Source: Thermoflexus hugenholtzii JAD2 (GTDB lineage: Bacteria; Chloroflexota; UBA11872; UBA12225). Taken from it: DNA of 64,000 nucleotides. The notes under the pieces are model-generated. The model saw nothing but the letters and a program-made list of their open reading frames with translations. It was not told the origin of the DNA and searched no databases. Shown here piece after piece: positions 56,769-64,000 of the stretch (its first letter is position 1; each line of letters opens with the position of its first letter). The position numbers were made by a program, and so were the translations under genes. The stretch covers positions 14,668-78,667 of the forward strand of contig CAMBEO010000002.1 in assembly GCA_945865725.1 (NCBI GenBank), given 5' to 3'.

Positions 56769-58279
56769 CCGGTGGCCTACGCCTCGAAGCCCCGGCCGGC
56801 GTCGCACCGCGCCGGACGCGCGCGGAGCGCCTCGCGCTTGCGGCGGACCTCCGACGCGTCGTCGCGGATGGTGACGTCCTTTCCGATGACGTCGAGCTCG
56901 AGGTCTACGGGTACGACGCGTCATTCATGGCCCAACTCGCGCCTTCCGTGCCCGATGTTGCGATCGTCGCGCGATCGGAGGCCGACGTTGTGGCCGTGAT
57001 GCGCTACGCCGCGGCGAACGGCGTGCCAGTCACGCCCCGAGGAGCGGCGAGCGGGTGTGCCGGCGGTTGCGTCGCCATGCATGGCGGGATCGTCCTCGCG
57101 ATGAACGCGATGAACCGCGTCCTTGACGTCGATGCCCCGAACGGGCAGGTAACCGTCGAGCCGGGCGTCGTGCATGCCCGTCTCATCGAGGTCCTTGCGC
57201 CTCACGGCCTCTTGTTTCCTCCCGATCCGGGGTCGAGCCGCATGGCGACGGTCGGGGGCATGGCCTCGACGAACGCCCATGGGGTGCGCGCGGTGAAGTA
57301 CGGCCCGACCGGCGCGTGGGTCCTCGGGCTGCACGTCGTCCTGCCGGACGGGACCTTGATCGAGACCGGATCGGTCGGGAGCCGGGCCAAGCAGTCGTCG
57401 GCCGGACTGGAGTTGACGAAGCTGTTCGTTGGCGCGGAAGGGACGCTTGGCGTCGTCACGCGCCTGCGCCTGAAGCTGCTGCCACGTCCCAAGGCGCGGG
57501 CACTCGTGATCGCGATGTTCGACGTCCTCGAACGTGCGGGCGAGGCGGTGCAGGCTGTCTTCCGCGCCGGCATCTCGCCCTCTGCCATCGAGATCCTGGA
57601 CGCCCGGTCACTCCGGGCGGCGAACCTGTACCGCCCGGGGCTGGGCTTGCGCGAGGCGGAGGCAATGCTGCTCTTCGAGGTCGACGGCAACCCCGCCGGC
57701 GTGCGATGGGACGCCGAGACCGTCGTGGAGGCCGTGAGGGAGCTCGCGACCCACGTGGAATGGTCTGACCAGGAGGCGCAGATCGCGCGCTTATGGGAGG
57801 CGCGGTCGGTCATCGGCGCGGCCGTCGGCGTGCTGCGCCCGGGAAGTGCCCGCGCCTACGCCGGCGAGGACATCTGCGTTCCCGTCGACCGCATCCCCGA
57901 GGCGTTGCGCGCGATCCAGGACCTGAGCGCCCGCCATGGCATCCCGGTCGCCACGTATGGGCACATCGGCGGGGGAAGCCTTCACCCGGCGCTCCTGGTC
58001 GATGGTCGCCAACGGGACGACGTGCGCCGGGCGATCGAACTGGCCGACGCGATCCACCTGCTTGCACTGGACCTTGGGGGCACCGTCACCGGTGAGCACG
58101 GGGTCGGCGCGGCGCGCGCGATGTACATGCCCCGCGAACACGGGCCTGCGTTGGACACGATGCGGGCCATCAAGCGCGCCCTGGACCCGACCGGGATCAT
58201 GAACCCTGCGACGATCTTCCCTGAGGACGTGCCACCGACGCCGGCCCTCGACGTGACCCTCGTGCCGGGCGGACGGTGA
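56765..58279 (+). CDS. FAD-linked oxidase (GlcD / D-lactate dehydrogenase family)
   Basis: FAD-binding PCMH domain (VTPRGAASGCAGG, MNRVLDVDAPNGQVTVEPGV) and a C-terminal GTVTGEHGVG motif. The GTG overlaps the upstream stop (GTGA). Confidence 0.85.
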   Translation: MTGGLRLEAPAGVAPRRTRAERLALAADLRRVVADGDVLSDDVELEVYGYDASFMAQLAPSVPDVAIVARSEADVVAVMRYAAANGVPVTPRGAASGCAGGCVAMHGGIVLAMNAMNRVLDVDAPNGQVTVEPGVVHARLIEVLAPHGLLFPPDPGSSRMATVGGMASTNAHGVRAVKYGPTGAWVLGLHVVLPDGTLIETGSVGSRAKQSSAGLELTKLFVGAEGTLGVVTRLRLKLLPRPKARALVIAMFDVLERAGEAVQAVFRAGISPSAIEILDARSLRAANLYRPGLGLREAEAMLLFEVDGNPAGVRWDAETVVEAVRELATHVEWSDQEAQIARLWEARSVIGAAVGVLRPGSARAYAGEDICVPVDRIPEALRAIQDLSARHGIPVATYGHIGGGSLHPALLVDGRQRDDVRRAIELADAIHLLALDLGGTVTGEHGVGAARAMYMPREHGPALDTMRAIKRALDPTGIMNPATIFPEDVPPTPALDVTLVPGGR

Positions 58280-58313
58280 CACCCGACGCACGCTTCCTAG
58301 GTCCGCGTCCGTC

Positions 58314-58384
58314 ACCCCCCTCTCCCGCTGGGCGGGGGAAGGGCAGGAGGTGGGGGTTGGTCCGCGGGCATCCCTGCCCGCCCT
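58314..58384. repeat. degenerate core + module D
   Basis: CCCCCCTCTCCCGCTGGGCGGGGGAAGGG is a reverse-type core, followed by GGAGGTGGGGGTTGGTCCGCGGGCATCCCTGCCCGCCC (module D, hairpin GCGGGCA-TCCC-TGCCCGC). Confidence 0.7.
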
Positions 58385-58499
58385 GCTCCGTGGGAATCCC
58401 GACTGCCAGTCGTGCCTACCGGGAGCGCCGGCGTCACGCCGGCATCGCTCCCCTCCCGGGGCGCCCGGGTCTCCAGTGGTAGCCCTGCCGCGCGTGTTG

Positions 58500-59645
58500 A
58501 TGGTCATGGAAGCGACCATCGGCGGGACGAAGCGCCACCTGCATGAGCTGGCGTCCGGCCTGCACGCGCGCGGGTGGCCGGTGGAAGTCGCATGCCCGCG
58601 CGTGCGCGCCGAGGCGCACGGTGACACCTCATTCTGGGATGACCTGTCGGCCGCCGGCGTGCCCCTGCGGGAACTGCCGATGGAGCGGAAGGTCGCGTCG
58701 CGGGCGAATATCGCGGCCGTCACGACCCTCGCGGCGATGCTCCGGCAGGCGTCGCCCCGGATCGACGTCGTGCACGCACACTCGTCGATCGGAGGGGCAG
58801 TCGCTCGCCTCGCGGCCCTTGCCAGCCTTCCGACCGGCCGGTGTCCGGCAGTCGTATACACGCCCCACGGGTTCGCCTTCCTCGATGGCACGCCTGCGCG
58901 CCGGCGTGCGTTCCTCGCCATCGAACGCTCCCTCGGCCTCGTAACCGATCGCCTGATCGGGGTCTCGCCCACCGAGGCCGAGGTCGCGTGGCGCCACCGG
59001 GTCGTCCCACGTGATCGCGCGGTTGCTATCCCGAACGGCATCGCCGCGTGCGCGATCCCTTCTCCGGACGAGGGTCGTGCGACGCGCGCGCGCGAGGGGT
59101 GGGGCGAGGCGCCAGTCGTCATCACGGTGGCACGAATGACGGCGCAGAAGGACCCGTCGACGTGGCTGCGGGTGGTGGCTCGGGTGGCGGCCGCGCGATC
59201 CGACGCACGCTTCGTCTGGGTGTGGGGAGGCGAGGCCGCGGACGCCGTGAAGGCCGAGGCGTCACGCCTCGGGATCGCCGACCGGGTCGATTTCGTGGGC
59301 TACCGTGCCGATGCCCGCCAACTCGTTGCGGGCGCAACGCTTTTCCTGTTGGCATCGAGGTTCGAGGGGTTGCCGTACAGCCTGATCGAGGCGCTGGCGG
59401 CAGGCGTGCCCGTCGTCGCGACCGACGTGACCGGGACGCGCGACGTGGTGCGCGATGGCACCACAGGTCTGCTGGCACCGGCAGGCGACGTCGAAGGGCT
59501 TGCCGGGCACGTCCTGGCGCTGCTTGCCGACCCTGCCCGTGCCCGGTCGCTGGGCGCCGCCGGGCGCGACGACGTCGTAGCCCGCTTTTCGATCGACGCG
59601 ATGGTCGAGGCAACCGCGGGGGTGTACCGGTCGGTCGCGCGTTGA
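58500..59645 (+). CDS. family-4 (GT-B) glycosyltransferase
   Basis: MEATIGGTKRHLHELASGL at the N-terminus; EX7E region SRFEGLPYSLIEALAAGVPVVATDVTGTRDVVRDGTTGLL. Start is ATG 58500 or an upstream GTG. Confidence 0.85.
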   Translation: MVMEATIGGTKRHLHELASGLHARGWPVEVACPRVRAEAHGDTSFWDDLSAAGVPLRELPMERKVASRANIAAVTTLAAMLRQASPRIDVVHAHSSIGGAVARLAALASLPTGRCPAVVYTPHGFAFLDGTPARRRAFLAIERSLGLVTDRLIGVSPTEAEVAWRHRVVPRDRAVAIPNGIAACAIPSPDEGRATRAREGWGEAPVVITVARMTAQKDPSTWLRVVARVAAARSDARFVWVWGGEAADAVKAEASRLGIADRVDFVGYRADARQLVAGATLFLLASRFEGLPYSLIEALAAGVPVVATDVTGTRDVVRDGTTGLLAPAGDVEGLAGHVLALLADPARARSLGAAGRDDVVARFSIDAMVEATAGVYRSVAR

Positions 59646-59759
59646 GGGAAGTAGGATCAGGGAGCCGGGCGACTGCCCTCGCGGCACCTCTCGTGGCGTG
59701 TCCGCACGTGGACGTGCCGGCGGGCGCCGCGGCGCCACCAGGCTCCCTCCGGTAGGGAC

Positions 59760-61166
59760 GTGCAGAAACTGATGGCGGCCAACCTCGCGCGCTGGTGGGG
59801 CACTTGCCTGCTCTCAGGCGACATCGTCCTGACCTGCCTGGCGCTATTCATCGCCGACTGGGCGCGTCGCGAGGTGCCGATCGGGGACCCGGTCGAGATC
59901 GATCGGTTCATCCGGCTGCCCATCTACCTCGCCGCCTCGTTGCTCTGGCCCGTCGCCTTGCGCGCATTTGGCGCCTACGACACCCGGCGGACCCGGTCGC
60001 TTGCCGACGAGGTGGGTGCCGTCGTGCCGGGGGTCGCGGTCGCGGCGCTGGCGTTGGTCGGGTTCTTCTACGTCTTCGAATACAAGTTCATCTCGCGATT
60101 GCTGCTGGTGTACTTCGTCGTCCTCGACCTCGTGCTGCTGGTGAACCTGCGTCTCGGCGCACGCCTGGCGATGACATGGCTGGCGACTGGCGGGCGGGCG
60201 GGCAGCCGTGTCCTCATCGTCGGTGCCGGGATTGCGGGTCGCGAGGTCGCGTCACTGCTGGTCGCGCGCCCGTGGGCAGGCTTGGCAGTCATTGGTTTCG
60301 CGGCTGACACGGCAGACATGGCAGACGCCGCCGGCGAGGACGGGTTGATCGACGGTATCCCGCGCCTTGGGGCCTCGGCCGACGCGGCGTCGATCGTGGA
60401 GGGATTTCAGATAGACGAGGTGATCATCGCCTTGCCTCCGGACCGCCACCAGGACACGGTGCAGGTTGCCCTCGCGCTGCTGCCTCTGCCGGTGCGCGTA
60501 CGGATCGTGCCGGAACGGTTCAGCATGATCGCGGCCCGCGCCCGGGTGGAGAACTTGTGGGGCGTGCCGCTCATCGGCATCCGGGACCCGGCGATCGCGG
60601 GGACGGACCGCCTGATCAAGCGCACGTTCGACCTCGTGATCGGCGGCGTGGGGCTGGCGGTCCTCGGACCGGCGATCGCGCTCGTCGCACTGGCGATCAA
60701 GCTGGACGACCCGGGACCCGCCGTGGTCGGGTTGCCGCGCGTGGGCGAGAACGGGCGCCATTTCCGGATGTGGAAGTTCCGGACGATGCGCGTCGGGTCC
60801 GAGGCTCAGCAGGTGATGAAGGCGCGTGATGACCCGCGCGTCACCCGCCTCGGCCGGGTCCTGCGCCGATGGTCACTCGACGAGGTGCCCAACCTGTTCA
60901 ATGTCGTGGTTGGCGAGATGAGCCTCGTGGGGCCACGACCGGAGCAGCCGTGGATCGTCGAACTGTACGAGCCGTGGCAACGGAAGCGCCTGGCGGCCCC
61001 GCCGGGGATGACGGGATGGTGGCAGGTCAACGGCCGCAGCGACCGGCCGTTGCACGAGAACGTCGAGTACGACCTGTACTACATCCAGAACTACTCGCCG
61101 TGGCTGGACGTGGCGATCCTGCTGCGGACGATCCCGGTCGTGTTGCGAGGGCGAGGCGCCTTCTAG
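59760..61166 (+). CDS. polyprenyl-phosphate glycosyl-1-phosphate transferase (bacterial sugar transferase, WbaP/EpsL type)
   Basis: Four N-terminal TM helices, a CoA-binding-like region, and a C-terminal catalytic domain (KRTFDLVIG, GRHFRMWKFRTM, DPRVTRLGRVLRRWSLDEVPNLFNVVVGEMSLVGPRP). Confidence 0.9.
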   Translation: MQKLMAANLARWWGTCLLSGDIVLTCLALFIADWARREVPIGDPVEIDRFIRLPIYLAASLLWPVALRAFGAYDTRRTRSLADEVGAVVPGVAVAALALVGFFYVFEYKFISRLLLVYFVVLDLVLLVNLRLGARLAMTWLATGGRAGSRVLIVGAGIAGREVASLLVARPWAGLAVIGFAADTADMADAAGEDGLIDGIPRLGASADAASIVEGFQIDEVIIALPPDRHQDTVQVALALLPLPVRVRIVPERFSMIAARARVENLWGVPLIGIRDPAIAGTDRLIKRTFDLVIGGVGLAVLGPAIALVALAIKLDDPGPAVVGLPRVGENGRHFRMWKFRTMRVGSEAQQVMKARDDPRVTRLGRVLRRWSLDEVPNLFNVVVGEMSLVGPRPEQPWIVELYEPWQRKRLAAPPGMTGWWQVNGRSDRPLHENVEYDLYYIQNYSPWLDVAILLRTIPVVLRGRGAF

Positions 61167-61228
61167 GGGCGCCCCGCCCGGCTCAAGCGCAACGCCTGGG
61201 CATCGTTTTCGCGTCGCCCAAGGTGCCC

Positions 61229-62593
61229 CTACCGGGCGCCTGACTTGCGAACGCGAGCAGTCCGACGGCGCGGCGGTTCCTCGGGCGGACCCCAACGGAT
61301 TCGCTCCTTCGAAAGGTACACAGTATCGCCGTTTCGGACGCCCGCCGAGATCAGGGCGTCGGTCACCCCGAGATTGCGGAGGCGTTCGCGCAAGTACGGT
61401 TGGCTGGCGACGAGATCGATATCGATCATCGCCACGAGGCGGTCGATGACGTCCCCGTTGACGAGGAACCCTTCTGGCGACGCCTCGATGCGGAAGCTGC
61501 GATCCGGTTCGCGCGAGGCCGGCTCGTAGCGCGCGAATGATCCGGCGCCGGCAGGAACCTGGAGGGCGGCGCGTCGGGCGGTCTCGTCGTCAATTCGCAG
61601 TTCGGCGAGGCGGGCGGCGACCATGCGTACCACGGGGTCGAGGCCCTCGCGACCAGCGGCCGAGATCGGGAAGCACGGCAGGCCCCGGCGCTCCATCTCG
61701 GACCGGAAGGCTGGCCAGGCGGCCTGCGCCTCCGGCACGTCCATCTTGTTGGCCAGGATGACCTGTGGCCGGGTCGCCAGGCGTTCGGCGTACGACTCGA
61801 GTTCCGCATTGATGCGGTCGAAGTCGCCCACCGCGTCGCCACGCCCATCGGTGCCAGCGAGGTCGACCACGTGCAGGAGCAGTCGCGTCCGTTCGACGTG
61901 GCGCAGGAACTGCAGGCCGAGGCCTGCCCCGTGGCTTGCCCCCTCGATCAGGCCGGGGATGTCGGCAAGCACGAATCCGTCCTCGTCGATGGGCACGACG
62001 CCAAGCATCGGCTCGAGGGTCGTAAACGGGTATGACGCGACCTTGGGTTGCGCGGCGGTGACGGCCGCGAGGAACGAGGACTTGCCGGCATTCGGGTAAC
62101 CGACCAGTCCGACGTCGGCGATCAGGCGCAACTCGAGGGCGAGCTCTTGGACCTGCCCGGGTTCGCCGCGTTGCGCAAACTCGGGTGCCTGCCGTACGGC
62201 GGTCTTGAAATGCGTGTTGCCGAGGCCGCCCTTGCCCCCGCGCGCGACCATGAACCGTTGCCTGGCCTCGACGATGTCGGCGAGATCTTCGCCGGACTCG
62301 AAGTCGCGTACGACCGTCCCGAGCGGCACCTTGATCACCAGGTCATCGCCAGCCTTGCCGTGGCTGTTCCGGCGCCCGCCTCCGGTGCCGGCGGTCGCGG
62401 CGAACTGGCGCTTGTGGCGGAACGACAGGAGCGTGTTCTGGCTTGGGTCACCTTCAAGGTAGATGGACCCGCCGCGACCGCCGTCGCCCCCATCCGGGCC
62501 ACCCATGGCCGCGTACTTCTCGCGGCGCATGTGCATTGATCCGTCGCCGCCGTTGCCGGCGCGCGCGGTGATTCGGGCGTGATCCTGGAACAT
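61229..62593 (-). CDS. obg: GTPase Obg/CgtA
   Basis: Gly-rich Obg fold (GNGGDGSMHMRREKY, GGPDGGDGGRGGSIYL), G motifs GYPNAGKSS, DIPGLIEGAS and NKMD, plus a C-terminal OCT domain. ATG at 62593 (MFQDHA). Confidence 0.94.
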   Translation of the reverse strand: MFQDHARITARAGNGGDGSMHMRREKYAAMGGPDGGDGGRGGSIYLEGDPSQNTLLSFRHKRQFAATAGTGGGRRNSHGKAGDDLVIKVPLGTVVRDFESGEDLADIVEARQRFMVARGGKGGLGNTHFKTAVRQAPEFAQRGEPGQVQELALELRLIADVGLVGYPNAGKSSFLAAVTAAQPKVASYPFTTLEPMLGVVPIDEDGFVLADIPGLIEGASHGAGLGLQFLRHVERTRLLLHVVDLAGTDGRGDAVGDFDRINAELESYAERLATRPQVILANKMDVPEAQAAWPAFRSEMERRGLPCFPISAAGREGLDPVVRMVAARLAELRIDDETARRAALQVPAGAGSFARYEPASREPDRSFRIEASPEGFLVNGDVIDRLVAMIDIDLVASQPYLRERLRNLGVTDALISAGVRNGDTVYLSKERIRWGPPEEPPRRRTARVRKSGAR

Positions 62594-62795
62594 GGCGATC
62601 CTGAGGGGTCCTGGCCACCCGTTCGTGGACGGGGCACTACAAGGTAAGGGTAACCGGCACGCGTGCCGACATTGCGGGTCAAATGTCCGAGGCAGGATTG
62701 CTTGTGGCTTGGAGGCGGCGCTATCCTGAAGTGGACCGGCGCGGCGTCGTGTCGGGAGCGCCTCGTGCGCCCGCCTGCCGACGTCGTGGCGTGCC

Positions 62796-64000
62796 ATGCC
62801 GATGTCCGAAGACAACGTCGTCCGGGGCCCCTCACTGACGCTCGAACCCGATGCAGGGTCGCGTCGCTCGTTGTCGTGCCTTGAGGACCTCCTCGGGACG
62901 ATGCGATCGTACTTGGGGCCGTCGAAAGACCTGGGGATCGTCGAACGCGCGTACCACTTCGCGGAGCAGCGCCACGAGGGGCAACTCCGCGGGTCGGGCG
63001 AGCCGTACATCCAGCATCCCTTGGAGACCGCGCTCGTCCTCGCCGAGTTGCACCTCGACCGGGCGACGATCGCGGCCGGCCTGTTGCACGATGTCATCGA
63101 GGACACCGGGATCACGTTCGAGGCGCTGCGCGCGGAGTTCGGGAACGAGGTCGCGCAGCTGGTCAATGGCGTGACCAAGCTCTCCCGGGTCCACTGGAAC
63201 AGCTTGGAGGAACAGCAGGCGGAAAACTTGCGGAAGATGTTCCTCGCGATGGCGGAGGACATCCGGGTCGTGCTCATCAAGTTGTGCGACCGGCTGCACA
63301 ACGTGAGCACGCTGGACGGCAAGCCCCCGGAGGCGCGGAAGCGGATCGCGCGCGAGACCCTCGAGATCTACGCTCCCTTGGCGCACCGGCTCGGGATCTG
63401 GCAACTGAAATGGCGGCTGGAGGATGCCTCCTTCTTCCACCTGGAACCGGAGCGCTACCAGGAGCTGAAGCGCCTGCTGAACGACACGCGGCGCGGACGC
63501 GAAAACCTGGTGGCGACCTCCGTCACTGCGATCCTGGACCAGCTGGGGGCTGCTGGCATCCAGGCCGAGGCGACCGGACGCCCGAAGCACATCTTCAGCA
63601 TCTTCCGGAAGATGGAGAAGACTGGTCGAAGCTTTGACCAGTTATTCGACTTGCTGGCGCTACGCGTCGTCGTTGACACGCTCCCCGAGTGCTACGCGGT
63701 GCTCGGCATCGTGCACAGCCTATGGACCCCGATCCCTGGGCAGTTCGACGATTACATCGCGATGCCCAAGGGGAACATGTACCAGAGTCTCCACACGGCA
63801 GTGGTGGGATCTTCCGGCAGGTTCCTCGAGGTGCAGATCCGGACGCACGAGATGCATCGCGTGGCGGAACACGGGATCGCCGCGCATTGGCGCTACAAGG
63901 ATGACGACGAGCAGACGGATCCGAAGTTTGAGGGCAAGCTGGCGTGGTTGCGCCAGTTGATGGCGTGGCAACAGGAGCTCTCGTCGGCACAGGAGTTCGT
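62796..64000 (+). CDS. relA: bifunctional (p)ppGpp synthetase/hydrolase RelA/SpoT homologue (5' partial, continues beyond the window)
   Basis: This frame is absent from the ORF track because there is no stop inside the window. My translation from ATG 62796 gives an HD hydrolase region (GEPYIQHPLETALVLAEL, LLHDVIEDT) and a synthetase region (RPKHIFSIFRKM, DLLALRVVV, EVQIRTHEMHRVAEHGIAAHWRYK). Confidence 0.9.
   Translation, partial: MPMSEDNVVRGPSLTLEPDAGSRRSLSCLEDLLGTMRSYLGPSKDLGIVERAYHFAEQRHEGQLRGSGEPYIQHPLETALVLAELHLDRATIAAGLLHDVIEDTGITFEALRAEFGNEVAQLVNGVTKLSRVHWNSLEEQQAENLRKMFLAMAEDIRVVLIKLCDRLHNVSTLDGKPPEARKRIARETLEIYAPLAHRLGIWQLKWRLEDASFFHLEPERYQELKRLLNDTRRGRENLVATSVTAILDQLGAAGIQAEATGRPKHIFSIFRKMEKTGRSFDQLFDLLALRVVVDTLPECYAVLGIVHSLWTPIPGQFDDYIAMPKGNMYQSLHTAVVGSSGRFLEVQIRTHEMHRVAEHGIAAHWRYKDDDEQTDPKFEGKLAWLRQLMAWQQELSSAQEF

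Noticed and set aside
61167-61228. Bidirectional terminator between the convergent sugar transferase and obg genes.
   Set aside because: Only a weak 5-bp stem (TGGGC/GCCCA) with a 13-nt loop could be drawn, and there is no convincing U-tract.
62699-62728. Sigma-70-like promoter for relA (TTGCTT-18 nt-TATCCT).
   Set aside because: A single weak match with an 18-nt spacer in GC-rich DNA of unknown sigma-factor consensus; not supportable without transcription start data.
1-64000. Search for defence systems, toxin-antitoxin pairs, prophage, IS or integrase genes, retron or DGR-type reverse transcriptases, tRNA/rRNA/tmRNA genes.
   Set aside because: Every ORF with good coding signal could be assigned to housekeeping, envelope or hypothetical membrane functions. 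No RT, nuclease-ATPase, integrase or transposase motifs were recognised, and the intergenic gaps are occupied by repeats and are too short or unstructured for the RNA genes checked by eye. A tRNAscan/Infernal run would be needed for a definitive negative.

Overview
Very GC-rich bacterial chromosomal window (roughly 70% by eye; third codon positions of conserved genes are almost all G/C). It is gene-dense and mostly housekeeping. Left to right: cmk and an RluB-type pseudouridine synthase (-); a glucuronokinase-like GHMP kinase; a DUF624-like membrane protein plus a sugar-type ABC ATPase; nusA-ylxR-infB-rbfA (+); ribF, truB, tyrS and a stand-alone EF-G paralogue (-); a GH42-like protein; proB; a VanW-domain protein; three small membrane/YtxH-like proteins and a cysteine desulfurase (-); a complete 14-gene nuoA-N operon (25.1-40.9 kb); a solitary argF; cdaA-cdaR (c-di-AMP synthesis); a ~17-kb glycan-assembly cluster (methyltransferase-GT2 fusion, Wzm/Wzt-type ABC exporter, GT-B transferases, AsnB-type amidotransferase, two epimerases, a GlcF/GlcD-like oxidoreductase pair, a polyprenyl-phosphate sugar transferase); obg (-); and the 5' part of relA/spoT (+, runs off the window). 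I found no rRNA, tRNA, CRISPR array, transposase, integrase, phage or recognisable defence genes. The signal the genes do not explain is a dispersed, modular family of GC-rich palindromic repeats (core hairpin CCCTCCCCCGC-TGCG-GCGGGAGAGGG), about 30 units at 17 loci by hand count. The repeats fill most intergenic gaps, punctuate the nuo operon, and bracket argF and the GH42-like gene. They show nested insertion with flanking direct duplications and compensatory substitutions in their stems. Most unusually, they sit in frame inside nuoG and inside a glycosyltransferase gene. I do not recognise this as a named repeat family. Taxonomic origin cannot be established from the sequence alone; cdaA-cdaR and a terminator-containing tyrS leader are compatible with a GC-rich Terrabacteria lineage such as Chloroflexota/Thermomicrobia, which is inference only.
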